A DNA stretch of 64,000 nt, taken from Chrysomallon squamiferum (taxonomy: Eukaryota > Animalia > Mollusca). Shown piece after piece: positions 43,718 to 56,732 of this stretch; the stretch's first letter is position 1, and each line of letters begins with the position of its first letter. A model generated the notes under the pieces. It saw only the letters and a list, made by a program, of their open reading frames with translations, had not been told where the DNA came from and ran no database searches. The stretch is taken from positions 27,838,001-27,902,000 of the forward strand of contig CM022672.1 in the NCBI GenBank assembly GCA_012295275.1, given 5' to 3'. The translations under genes were made by a program, and so were the position numbers.

Positions 43718-43750
<33 letters not shown>

Positions 43751-43945
43751 CCGTAAATATTTAGCTGATTAAAAAATAACAAAAATAAAAATAAAAATAA
43801 TATTAATAAAACAGTTTACCTCTTTACAACCAGAGTGGTGATATCATTGGGTACATGACGAAAACCAGCGAGAGTATTTTATCCAATAATATTAGCTAGA
43901 AAAATGTGGCCGCCTAGGATTTTGAAATTTTTTATTTATTAATTA

Positions 43946-43981
<36 letters not shown>

Positions 43982-44935
43982 TACTATTATTATTATTATT
44001 ATTATTATTTTTATTTTAAACTATTATACTCTTCTTTATTAACTTAGCTAAAACGTCAATAATATACTTTTGGCAGAAACATCAAAAGAGCTGTTTTCTT
44101 TTCTGTACTTCTTTCTTTTCTTTTTTCTTTTGTCTTATTTTTCTTTCCATTTGTTTTATATTTTTTATATTTTTTAACTTTTTATCACTAACTGGCTTCT
44201 GGAAACACGGATTTGTATAGCCTGTAAACACAAAGGATTTTCAAGAAAAGTTTATTAAGATATTTGTTCGTGTCTTTTGACATTCAAACGTTATGTTTAT
44301 TTTGAGTGACTTGTACGCTAAGCACGTTTTCCATCATGACGTTTTTACAACTACAAACAAAAACTTTTTTTCTCGCTGTTACTTTATTCACAACTGTATC
44401 ATAATAAAAAACATTATCACTTTTATTTTCATTTTCTAGTTGACACAACTTTCATATATTTTTCTTACTCACAATTTCAAGTTAATAAAATAAAAATTTT
44501 GGGAAGGACTGACTGGTATGCCAATAATTTCGGTAATTTATCCATTTTAGTATTTATCAGGTTAATAATATCATTTTTTCAGAGAAAATTAGAAGAAAGA
44601 ACACATTTAACAACCTACAAAATAAAGTGCAATAGATTTTATTATTTCTACAGCTTATTGAAAAAGATAAAATAATACTTCAAACTGTTTGTAATTAAAA
44701 TGTGATTTCTAAAACAAATGACCATTTCTTGCTTAAAACCAGCTATACATATATAAAAACACATGCAGAGTATATCAAAGAAATATAAAGACAATTATAT
44801 GTAAGATCAGTGTTATTTCATAAACTTTGTTAATATATATAAAATTAGTAAAAAGGATTTAATAAAGATAATAATGTTTGTTAAAAATATATATAATTAT
44901 GGGGCTGTTTGCATTTTGCTGTTGTAAAAGAAATT

Positions 44936-44936
44936 T

Positions 44937-45000
<64 letters not shown>
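44936..45000. repeat. (CT)n(CA)n compound microsatellite just beyond the stop codon of the large minus-strand gene
   Basis: Directly visible. Confidence 0.95.
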
Positions 45001-45002
<2 letters not shown>

Positions 45003-45008
45003 CTAAAA

Positions 45009-48000
45009 CTATACACAGTTTGTAATATTAAAATCTCCTGCAATATTAGGTGAAAGTGCTATCAAATCCATCACATCTTCACTTGTACATTGATACTTTG
45101 TGAGTTTCTTAACTGTACAGTTTATCTTCTCTTTGTAAAATCTAGAAAAAAAAGAAGTAAAAAACATGAATGAAATAATAATAACAATGATGATAATGAT
45201 GATGAAAAAAGGAATAATAATAAGAATAATAATAACAATCATAGTACAACAACAACAATAGTTATTATTATTATTAAATGGATTTTAAGTACATATCACA
45301 ATTTAATTATATCTTTTTTAATTCCTACATAAATCAAATTCAAAGTTTTATTTACATATTTCAGTTATTTAATTCCAATAAATTAAACTGATCTTTTTAT
45401 TTATATATTTTAATTTAGTTCCTACACTAAATAAATGATACTTTTATAATCATATTACAATTTAATTCCAAGATAAATTAAACTGATATTTATAATTTTG
45501 TGTTTAATTATGTTTCTAGATTAACTAAATTCATATTTTCATTTATATATTTTAAATTAATTCCTAGATTAAATTCATATATTTATTTATATATTTTAAA
45601 TTAATTCTTTGAAAAATTAATTTCTAATTATTTATTTTAATTTTATTCCTAGATAAACTGAATTCATATTTTTATTTACATATTTTAGTTCTAATAAATT
45701 AACTGATATTTGTATTTACACTTACTCGCAACTGATGATGTTACTTGTTGTAGGACACTTGACATCATAACAAAGATAAGCATTAACATCTTCACACGGA
45801 TTTGGAAATGTGTCTGAAAAATGGAAACATTAAAACACTACAAAACATATAGAGCTTTAGTTAGTACTGTTCAGGTGCAGTTAATTACTAAACTTTTAAT
45901 ATTCATTGCAGCCAATTTAATCTTTTATATATTTATTACTAATGTCAAAGTTTCTGAGGCTATTTATTATGACAATAATATATATATTTAAAAATCCTAA
46001 ACAGCTAGTGATTCATTACAAAATAAATAAATAAATAAATAAATAAAATAAAATAAAAATAAATTTTAACAAAATCTCAAAACACAACATTTGAAATCAT
46101 TTTTACATATTAATATCAATTTTGATCTTTTTAAATCAACTGATAATAATGTTCATTTACATACATCATTATATGATTGATATTAATTTACATTATATTT
46201 GTTAACATTCATTCACAAATCATATTAATATATAACATAAATATTATTTACATATATCAATATTCAATACATATTATCAATCATCAAACTGATAATATCT
46301 ACCTACAAATTACTTACCATTATATATATGAATGTCCAGTGTTTAGAATGTTATTATTTAATACTTTCATAAATTATAATTACTGACTTTACAAAATATT
46401 TACAATAACATTTTAATATAATTCATTACTTATTACTATTATTAGTAATTACTATTTATTATCAGGTGTATAATTAACAATGTACATCAAAATGCCAGTT
46501 ACAATTCACTTATTGTAATACTAGCAATCATATTTACTATTAAAAATAATATATTCATTAAAAATAATTTGTTATTTACTTCCAAATATATCACAAACCA
46601 TTTACATAATAATCATTTAAATATTGTCACAAACACTTATGTTAAAATATATTAAAATTGTCAAATATAACTACCTAAATACATTATAAACTATTTACAT
46701 AATAATGTCAATATCTGTTATATCTCACATCCAAAATTCAACTATTATATTTGCTAAAAATAACTAACTAAATATATTATAAACTATTAACATAATGTCA
46801 ATAATAATTCACTTACTGTTACAAACACTAACATCCAGATTTAATATTGCCTGGACTTTTTCTTTATTGTCTTGAAACAGTGTGAAGAAATCTGCTGCAG
46901 GACAATAGACACCATTTGAACAAAGATCAGTGGAAATACAACTGAATAAACCATCTAGAAAACTGAGAGTAAAATTGTACAAATTAAAAAAGAAAAAAAT
47001 GAACAAAATAATAATAATAATGATAATGACAATGATGATGAAAAAGGAACACTAATAAAAATGTATGATTATATTCAGCTTAAAATGTACAAAGATCATT
47101 ACACAAATACTTTTTATTTTTACATATATTATTAGTCTTCTATTATCAAATATATGACTTTCATCTAAATCTTGCTTTCTTTAATATTACCCCAGTATAA
47201 CATATTGTTTATTGTGTATTTATGTAAATATTTTCTAAGATAAAGATACTGTATAAATGTGGTGTGTGAGAGAAAGGGATTGAACAGAGAGTCAGAGAGA
47301 GAAGAAGAGTTAAAGGGAGAGAAATAGAGAAAAAGGAAGAAAAAGAGAGAGGCAGAGAAGGAAAGCAAGAGAAAGAGAGAGATTACCTGCAAGACGGTGA
47401 TGCTATCAGTTGACTAACATGATTACTACAGGACTTCAGAGCTATTTGGGAAAGAGCATCAAGATCTGAACAAACATCACTACTATCTACAATGTCACCT
47501 TCACCTGGAATGAATGAAAGTGTTCAGTGATGGTGTTTACAATCAACCACTTTAATGACTAAATAAGGAAATAAGTTAAAAATTTATTAGAAATAATAAT
47601 AATAATACATTGTTACTCAAAATGAAAACATACAATACATAAACTAGTATGACTAATAAATGTTAATAGTTATTTGTTTAAGAAATGATAAAAATCTAGC
47701 ATGCTGGATGCATTTTGAAAAACAAACATATAGACTACATATCAAGACTGAAACTAGTGCTCAAACCAGTAAGCTGAAGTTGTTTTATTTAATGACAAAT
47801 AAAAATAATCAAGATACATACCACAATGAGGTAAAGTAGATACAAAGAGTTTGGTGTTTTCAAGAGCTTTGATTCTCTCTGATTCATTACACTGGCCTTG
47901 TTCTGATTCCAGACATGTACGATGATTCACAAGTTGACTGAAAGACAAAAAATAACAAAATTTTATATAGATCTAATAAGCAAATGTCCTACAATTACAG

Positions 48001-50574
48001 CAAAAAAAAAAATTAAAAATCAACATTCTACATATCTCATTTTGTTTTGGTAATAAACATATAAATCATTGAGCAAAACTTCAGGGGTCTAGTATTGCAT
48101 ATAGAAATATGTATATATAGGTAGGTCATAAGAAACAGTTATGAAAATATATACAGTGACTATGGTCTTTGATAAACCACTTGAAAGGCAATACTTGCAG
48201 ACGTTTAACACTGAGCTATTGTTATTCTGATTATCACAACAATGACAACAACGACATAAACCACAATGACAACAACAACAACTATAATACAGTAAACATA
48301 ATAGCAATAACAACAGTCAATGTAATAATAAAGATCATAATGAAAAAAAAAAAAATTGTATGTGTATTTGTGCCCTCATACACTAATTTAAGTTGTTTTT
48401 TATTAGTTTTGAAGAAAACATGAAATAACAATAACATATTCTATGGAGACTGAAATATAGAAAAAAAGAAAAAGTTAATAATTAAAAAAAAAGAAGACAA
48501 AATTTGATTATTAAGATTAAAGATAGATACACCTAACAGAAAACTAACCTGCAGAAATCTGTGGAATTGTGTAGGTCAGTTATTGTCTTTGAACATGCAC
48601 ATGCATTTATCATTCCTGAATTAAAGATTGTAAGTATTTGAAATACAACACAAAATAAATGCATAAAGAGAAATCTGTAATAAAATGTACTAATTAAATA
48701 TATATTTGAAAAGAAGATAAAAAAACAATTACAAAGTGAATAAATATTTTAGAAAGAAAAGTGAAATATTATATAAACATTTTTATAAGTGTATGAATGA
48801 ATTGATTAATATTGTTAATAATAATAATACAAAGAAGAATAATGTAAGTTAAAAAAAGATGCAGGAATTTAAATAAAATAAAACACTAAGGTATCAAAGA
48901 AGTATCAATGTTATTTAATAAACTATTAATATATATATATAAATTTTAATTTAAATAGATATAATTATAAATTAAGAAAAAAGAAAGAAAAGAAAAAAAA
49001 CGAAGAGAGCAAAACACTTTGAAACAATAAACTGACTTCAGTTAGAACAATATTTTTTACCTAGGCACATACTGATGTTGGGCAGAATTCTGGAAATTTT
49101 GGTGTGATTTACAAAACTTGTCAAAGCTTCAAACATTTCCTGAATAGTACAGTCTTCTCCACTTTCAGTTAAACTTTTCTTCATACAGGTAAAAGCTTCA
49201 AAATAAACACTGAAATTAAAACAACAATTAATTAGAAAAACATGAAGCAAATGAAAACACTGGTGCTGTCTGTTGATGTAGAAATAAATTATTGTTAACT
49301 AGATTTCGAACAGATGAAAAACACTTAAAAAAGAGACCACACCTTTATTTTTTCACATATTCAAGTATTTCAGTTAATATTTACCTGCAGACTGTTTGAT
49401 CAGAAGCAGAAATAACATGAAAGATGTTGTTGAAACAAGATGAACCACCACCTACAGTCATCACTGGGCAGATTTTTATATTTCCATTCTCATCTGAAAA
49501 TAAAATACATCATCATCTGATATGTCAGTTATGATTATATATTTCTTTGTAAAAATCACAGACAAATACATACACACATACATACATACATACATACATA
49601 CATACATACATACATAGACACACATACCACCCACAAACAAATACAAATACATATACATATGTAAATGTGTACACAAACTCAGAAAGATGTAGACTTTTTC
49701 TTCCACTAACATGGACTAAAGAAATTAGTAAATAAAAATAGCAGTTTACCAGCACACTGACTAAGGTCAAGGTTAGGTTGTATTGCAGTAATGTCACTGC
49801 TATGTTCAACCAGAGCAGACGTGATTTTCTCTTCTTCACACTTTATTCCAGAAATATTCATAATCACTTTGATTTGCTTTTTTAGCGAAGGCCAGTTCAA
49901 GCTGAAATAATCAAATTTGAGTGTATATTCTTTAAAATATTGTTTTGGAAAACGTTGGCATAAACTTCATTTAAAAAATACAATGCATTAATTAAGTAAA
50001 ATACAAAACTGTTTTCCTTATGTCTTCAAACTGCCATATTTTCTAGTGAATTGGAAAATATATAGCTTTTAATAGTCTGCAATATTATTTATTTTCATTT
50101 GATTTATTAAATATTTTTATGAATGTATGTTTGGAACATTTAAAGTGTTGATGAGTTTTTCCCTAGTTAATAAATATGGCTCTTGGTTTATCAAGTGAAT
50201 TTGTCCAATCAAAGGATCTGTCAGAATTTCATTCTTAGAAAGTTGAATTATATGTTTACGAATATTTAAAAAAAATAAATCAGCTGCTATGGTAACTGAA
50301 CTTACTAGCAAGTTTCAAACAGAGATGAAGACTGAATGTTTAGTTTAGACGCAACATCCACTGCAATCTTGATGATGCTCGCTGAACTGTCACACACTGA
50401 ACGAATACTTGAAACATTGCTCACACCTGACAACTTGGCTAAAATAGCATAACAGTATTATTATCATTATCATCATCATCATCATCATCATCATCACAAC
50501 TTGTTATTTTTAAATCTTTGTAATCAGAATGGTATTAAGGACTACAGAAACATTATTTACTATTATTACTGTAG

Positions 50575-50620
<46 letters not shown>

Positions 50621-51446
50621 CATTATCATCATTGTTACATTATTTTCATATTGTTATAATAAACATTATAATTATCATCATCATTATTGTTATCATTATC
50701 ATCATCTTTATTATTATGATACTCCATGTATTACCATTTACTGGAGAGGCAAATATTTCTTCACAAATGTTTTAAATATTTATTGAAAGCAACCTGTGAA
50801 TCAGTATAAAGGATGTTATTCCATTATGAAATTTGACTTTTGCAACACCAAGCGTTAAGAAATTGTTACATTTTTAAATCTCATTCATTTTTCTACTCTG
50901 TTGCAAATGGAAAGAATTCTGATTGATTTAAAATATTCTGATTGCTCTGTTGAGAATAGATTCTTTTTTTCTTTTACAAACCTTTAATAAAATTTTAAAA
51001 AGTATTGCATTTATAAAGTAATTTTAATTTAAATATTTCAATATATGTGTTATTCATAATAATAATTTAAAGACACGTGATTAGAGATTTGTTATAGTAT
51101 GTTACCATGGCAATCCTTCAATCCTTTTAAACTGTCTTTCATTGTTGGAGGAAAAAAGGCAACTGCAAGATGAAAAACCTGCTCTAAGAGACCACTCAGA
51201 TACTGTAAACTGCAGTTTTGATCTGGGTTCTGTTTTAGAATACATCTTAGACTTTCAACGTAAAGTTCTAGATTCCTACAAATTAAATTTTTAAATCATT
51301 ATTTAAAATATTAAAAAGTCCATTTCAAAATTATGTTTTGAATTAGGATATAAAATATAACATTTCAGGCTAATTATGAAAAAAAAAAAAAAAAAAAAAA
51401 AAAACTAAATAAATAAAAAATTTTTTTTTAAACAAATACACAAAAC

Positions 51447-51485
<39 letters not shown>

Positions 51486-53269
51486 TCTAAAAAACAATAA
51501 AAAATAAATGTATATGCAAATGAAAGATAAATAAATATATAAATTACCCAATAGTCAATATATTCTTATTATATATTCATTCATTCATAAAACATGATTT
51601 AAAACACGTTAATGCTGGTATGATAGTCATTATTAATTCTTTTAAAGTTTTACTGTTGAAAGAAACATATGTATTTGACTGACAAACAGAAGAATTAAAC
51701 CAAAACTGTGAAATAACAATTAAAATATTTTTTTCTGGTTAATCTCACCCACAAACTGAAGAATTAATTTTTGTCACTGAAAGCAAAAGTCCTTGAAGAC
51801 AGCTTCCAAAACTTGTAAATGATGATGATAAAACATTGAAACATTTATCACTCATCAGTCTAAATGTTTTATCTGAAAATAAAAAAACAACAGTAACAAA
51901 TTTTACATTTAATTTTTTTTTATTATGTAAATGGGACTTAAAATGAAACTTGCAAACGCTAATGACAAAATGTTGTTGTGTTTTCGGTGGTGTTTTTCTT
52001 TTTTCCTTTACTGTTAATCTGGACTGACATCTCATCATTTAGACCCAATAACTTTAGTTTTCATCGGAATATGTTTTTTTTAAATCTAACAAAGTTTATC
52101 TCACATTAAGTAAGATTTTACAAAACAACAACATTAAACATTTATAGATTCATTATGTTCTATTTAAAAACAATAATAATAATAAAAAATAACAATTTAC
52201 TTGAATATTCTACCAGTTCTGGTGAGAAACCGTCTGGTTGAAACATCACTGTTTTAAGAAAATCAAGATGGCCGCAGTACGTTTTCAGTGTGTATGATGC
52301 ATTGTTAACACATGCAGCCAGAGACGAGAAACTGAAACAAAATCAGTCAGTAATAAAATGTCTGCCATGACTTTGAAAACTATTTATAAAATATGTAACA
52401 AAATATGTTTTCATTAATGATGACCAAAAGAAATTAAACCAAACCATAATTCTGATGTTACTCTAGTAACATTTTAAAGATAATTTTTGACATTATCAAT
52501 TTAATTTTCTATTTTGACATTAACAGGATGTTCATCTTTTTATAGAAGTATAAATTATTAAATATTTTCCAAATATTTCATTCTTGCAGTTGTCAATATC
52601 AAAATCATAGAGAGATTTTCATTAATACAGTTATATTTTAAATTAACAACGTAATTAAAGTTATAAAGAATTAGTAATTACTAACCTGTTAGAGATATTT
52701 TCACTAATATAAGTACACTTTAAATAAATAACGTAATTAAAGTTATAAAGAATTAGTAATTACTAACCTGTTAGAGATATTTTCACTAATATAAGTACAC
52801 TTTAAATTAATAACGTAATTAAAGTTATAAAGAATTAGTAATTACTAACCTGTTAGAGATATTTTATTTTCACTAATACTAACCTGTTAGAGATATTTTC
52901 ACTAATATAAGTACACTTTAAATAACAATGTAATTAAAGTAATACAGAACTAGTAATTACTAACCTGTTAGAGATATTTTCACTAATATAAGTACACTTT
53001 AAATAAACAATGTAATTAAAGTAATATAGAATTAGTAATTACCAACCTGTTAGAGATATTTTCACTAACTGTCTTGCAGTGATATTTCAGGATGAATTTG
53101 TAATAAGATGGAGACTCACACACATTTACATTTGTCTCTGTAGGAATATCTGAAATTACAAAATAGAAGTAAAAATGACTGGCTATTTTTGGTAAACATT
53201 CAATGTTTCATACATACATGCATACAGATATTCACACTCACACAAAAATGCTCATACACGTGGTCACAA

Positions 53270-53323
<54 letters not shown>

Positions 53324-56144
53324 ACATAAAATGAACTATAAACTGAGTGATCAAATTTTGAGGTTTAAACTGATATACTGCTTAACATGTTCATCATATT
53401 TTTTTATTTAAAACTGTTGTAGGTAACAGTACGGTACCACAAAGAGATGGGTCATTTTGTTGAAAATCTTTCTTGAAGTCATTAAGATTGAAAAGTGTAA
53501 TCTGATGTAAATCTTTTACAAAGCAGTTCCTGGTTTCATGCAATACTTAACACAATGAGTTTAATTTTGAAACATCTCAAAAGAGAAATTTTCCATTAAC
53601 TATATACTTAGTACATATTACATGCAGTGATGAAGATGGGTTTTGAAAGGGTATGTTAACGTCAGTTAAGTTAAGATTTGGGAGAAGGAGGGAGTAGCTT
53701 TATAATGTATTCTTACAGGCATACATTGTTCTGAAATTTACATATTTGCTTTAATGTACAATATATATTTCCACTTGCACTATTGCTCTGCTACAAAAAC
53801 ATCTCTGACACCATACCAGCATAGAAAGTGAACATAAACTGGAAACAAAAAATTAGGGGAATGCCATCCCTCTGTATACCCCACCTTTCTTTCACTGATC
53901 AGAACACAACTAATTTTAAAGATTTTCAAATAGTCCATAAAATCAGCCTTTATGTCAGTTGCAATTATTTTTCTCTGCAGTATGTATTATAGTACCATTT
54001 CAAATCACAAAAGCCTTGCTCTCCATTCAGATTATGCTGCTATATATTACATATTTTTAGACATTTTTCTTTTCAGTTATCATATTTTGTTATTGCTATT
54101 ATATCACACAAAATGATAAAATACTTTATTGTTAGCAAATATTAATGTTATAAAAATGTCACTTGAAAACATACAAATTATATTCTGATTTTTTTTTTAA
54201 ATTTCTGTCACTATATATAAACTTTAAAAATGGTGTAAAAGTTTTAATAAAATAATGAAGTATAGATGTAAAAATAAATGCTACATTACCACAAAGAGAT
54301 GGGTCATTTTGTTGAAAATCTTTCTTGAAGTCATTAAGATTGAGAAGTGTAATATGATGTAAATCTTTTACAGAGCAGTTCCTGGTTTCATTCAACTGTG
54401 AATACTTAACACAATAAGCAAGATCACTGTAGTAACTGAAAAACAAACAAACAAACAAATAAATAAATAAATTAACAAATAAATAAATAAATATAAATCA
54501 AATAAATAGATAAATGAAATGAACTGAAATGATAGAAAAAAACTGTAATAATAAATAAAAAAAAATAAAAAAAATAAAATAAAATAAATATTAAAATTAT
54601 AACAATAATTATTTTTTAAAACTCAAAGATTACATACTTTTGAGGTAAAAATCAATTCATAGAAGTTGAAATTTTCATATTTAGAGCTTTCTGTTTGACT
54701 AAAGCCTGTTTTTCAGAATTGTAAAATTATACTTTACTCATGTTCAAAGCTTAATTTAAGTTAAAATTCTAGCATTTTAGATTTATTTCCATTTCGTTAA
54801 ATGATGATGACCTTCATCTTGAAGATGTTCTACATTTTTGTTGGAACTGTTCATTGATTTATTGAAATCTATAGTGTCACTATGAGAATGGCTAAATAAA
54901 TAAATAAAAATAGATTTGACGCTTGATATCCTTCAAATATTTTATAAAATATAATTAAAAAATATATTTATATAATTATAAATGTTGAGAAGAACAAATC
55001 TGAGAAAATAATGATTAATTCTACACAAAAATTGTAGTTAAAGAAAAAGTATTTTCAGTACCAATTTGTTTATAAATTAAATTTTACCTGCATTTATCAC
55101 TTAAAGAAATTTGTGTTCTGTTAAAAAGATCAACTGGGCCTTTGCAGTTTTGAACATAAATTTCTTTTATTTTGTACCAAGAAGGACATGCTTCATTGAT
55201 TTCATATTCTGTGAAGAAAAATATCTGATGATTTAATTTTTGTAAAATAGGATTCATAATAATAATGATAATAATAATAATAAAGATTATGATGATGATG
55301 TTAATAACAATAGTAATAATAAAAATAATAAATATAATAAAATTTCCACATATACTAATATTAATGATAATCAGATCATTAATGATCCCAAAACAATAAA
55401 AATACAATTAATACCAGCTCTACCAAAATAATTATAAAACAACAACAGTAAATAAATAAATATAATTAAAGAAATATGTCAGGTTAGTGTATGAAAAAAT
55501 AAACGAAAACAACAAATTCTAAAGATTACACTGTTTCTGTATTTATTAGCAACATCTGAGCTGACATTGATACCTTCACAAGATGTTGGTGCTGTATTGC
55601 CAAACAAAGTCATCACATACATCTTAGCAACATCAGCCACTTCTTGATGAGTGCATTTCAAACCAATTCTTGTAAGCAAGTTGTAAATGCAATTAGTTTT
55701 TGACAAAATGGTGCTACAAAAAATACAAAAATAAATATTAAAAAAGAAACTTTATTGACATGTCTGGAAATAATTAGTATAATTAAATGAAGTTTTACAA
55801 AATTTAATCAATATGATTATCATATGTAACATAGTAGTAGTAAATAACCTGCAGTTAATTTTTGTTGGTTGTATCTCTTGCCCTGGTCTGTCATTGCAAA
55901 TATAAAGGAGAGCATATTTGTATGCTGAAGGATCTCTGCATGGCAAAGGAGCAGGAAAAGGAGCAACTGTAGGAAGGATAACTTCATCTTGTACTGATAA
56001 GACAAAATATAAAATATTACAACAATAATAGAATATATCTTTTATTAAAATAAAAAAAACAACAACAACAAAACAAAAGGAAAAGCAAATAAACAAAGAA
56101 AACAGAAAAACAAAAACAAATTTAAAATAAAAAGAAAGAAAGAA

Positions 56145-56175
<31 letters not shown>

Positions 56176-56698
56176 TAATAATAAATAAGTAAATAAATAA
56201 ATGAATAAAATTATTACTTGTGTATTTAAAATTATTATTTGTTTAAATAAAGTGATTTTAATACATTCTACATTGTGTTATATGTCCCTGAAAAGTAGTC
56301 TTTACTAATAGTAAAGTATGTATAATAAATTTGTAAAATTGCAGGTATATAAGGCAACTTTATAATTATTTATTCTATTTTAGATGTTTCTATTTTATCT
56401 TTCGTTTTGTAGAACAATGTCATTTTACAATAGACAATTATTTTATTATCATACACTTTTATTAATACAGCCTGATGTCTGAAACAAAAAAAAATATGTT
56501 ACCAGTGAAAATTCTAGATCCCACTAATAATAATAACAACAAAAACAATAAATAAATAACTAAAGAAATAAAATAAAATATAATAAAATTAGCAGTTTAA
56601 GTAAATAAATAAATAGATAAGTAAATAAATAAATAAAAAAGTAGTTAAATAATAATTTAAAATTCAATAAAAAGTAAAATGTAATAAAATTCACAATG

Positions 56699-56732
<34 letters not shown>

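Noticed and set aside
48616-48674. Longer version of the module 10 first exon using the acceptor at 48674
   Set aside because: Hits TGA in the required phase; the acceptor at 48615 is phase-consistent.
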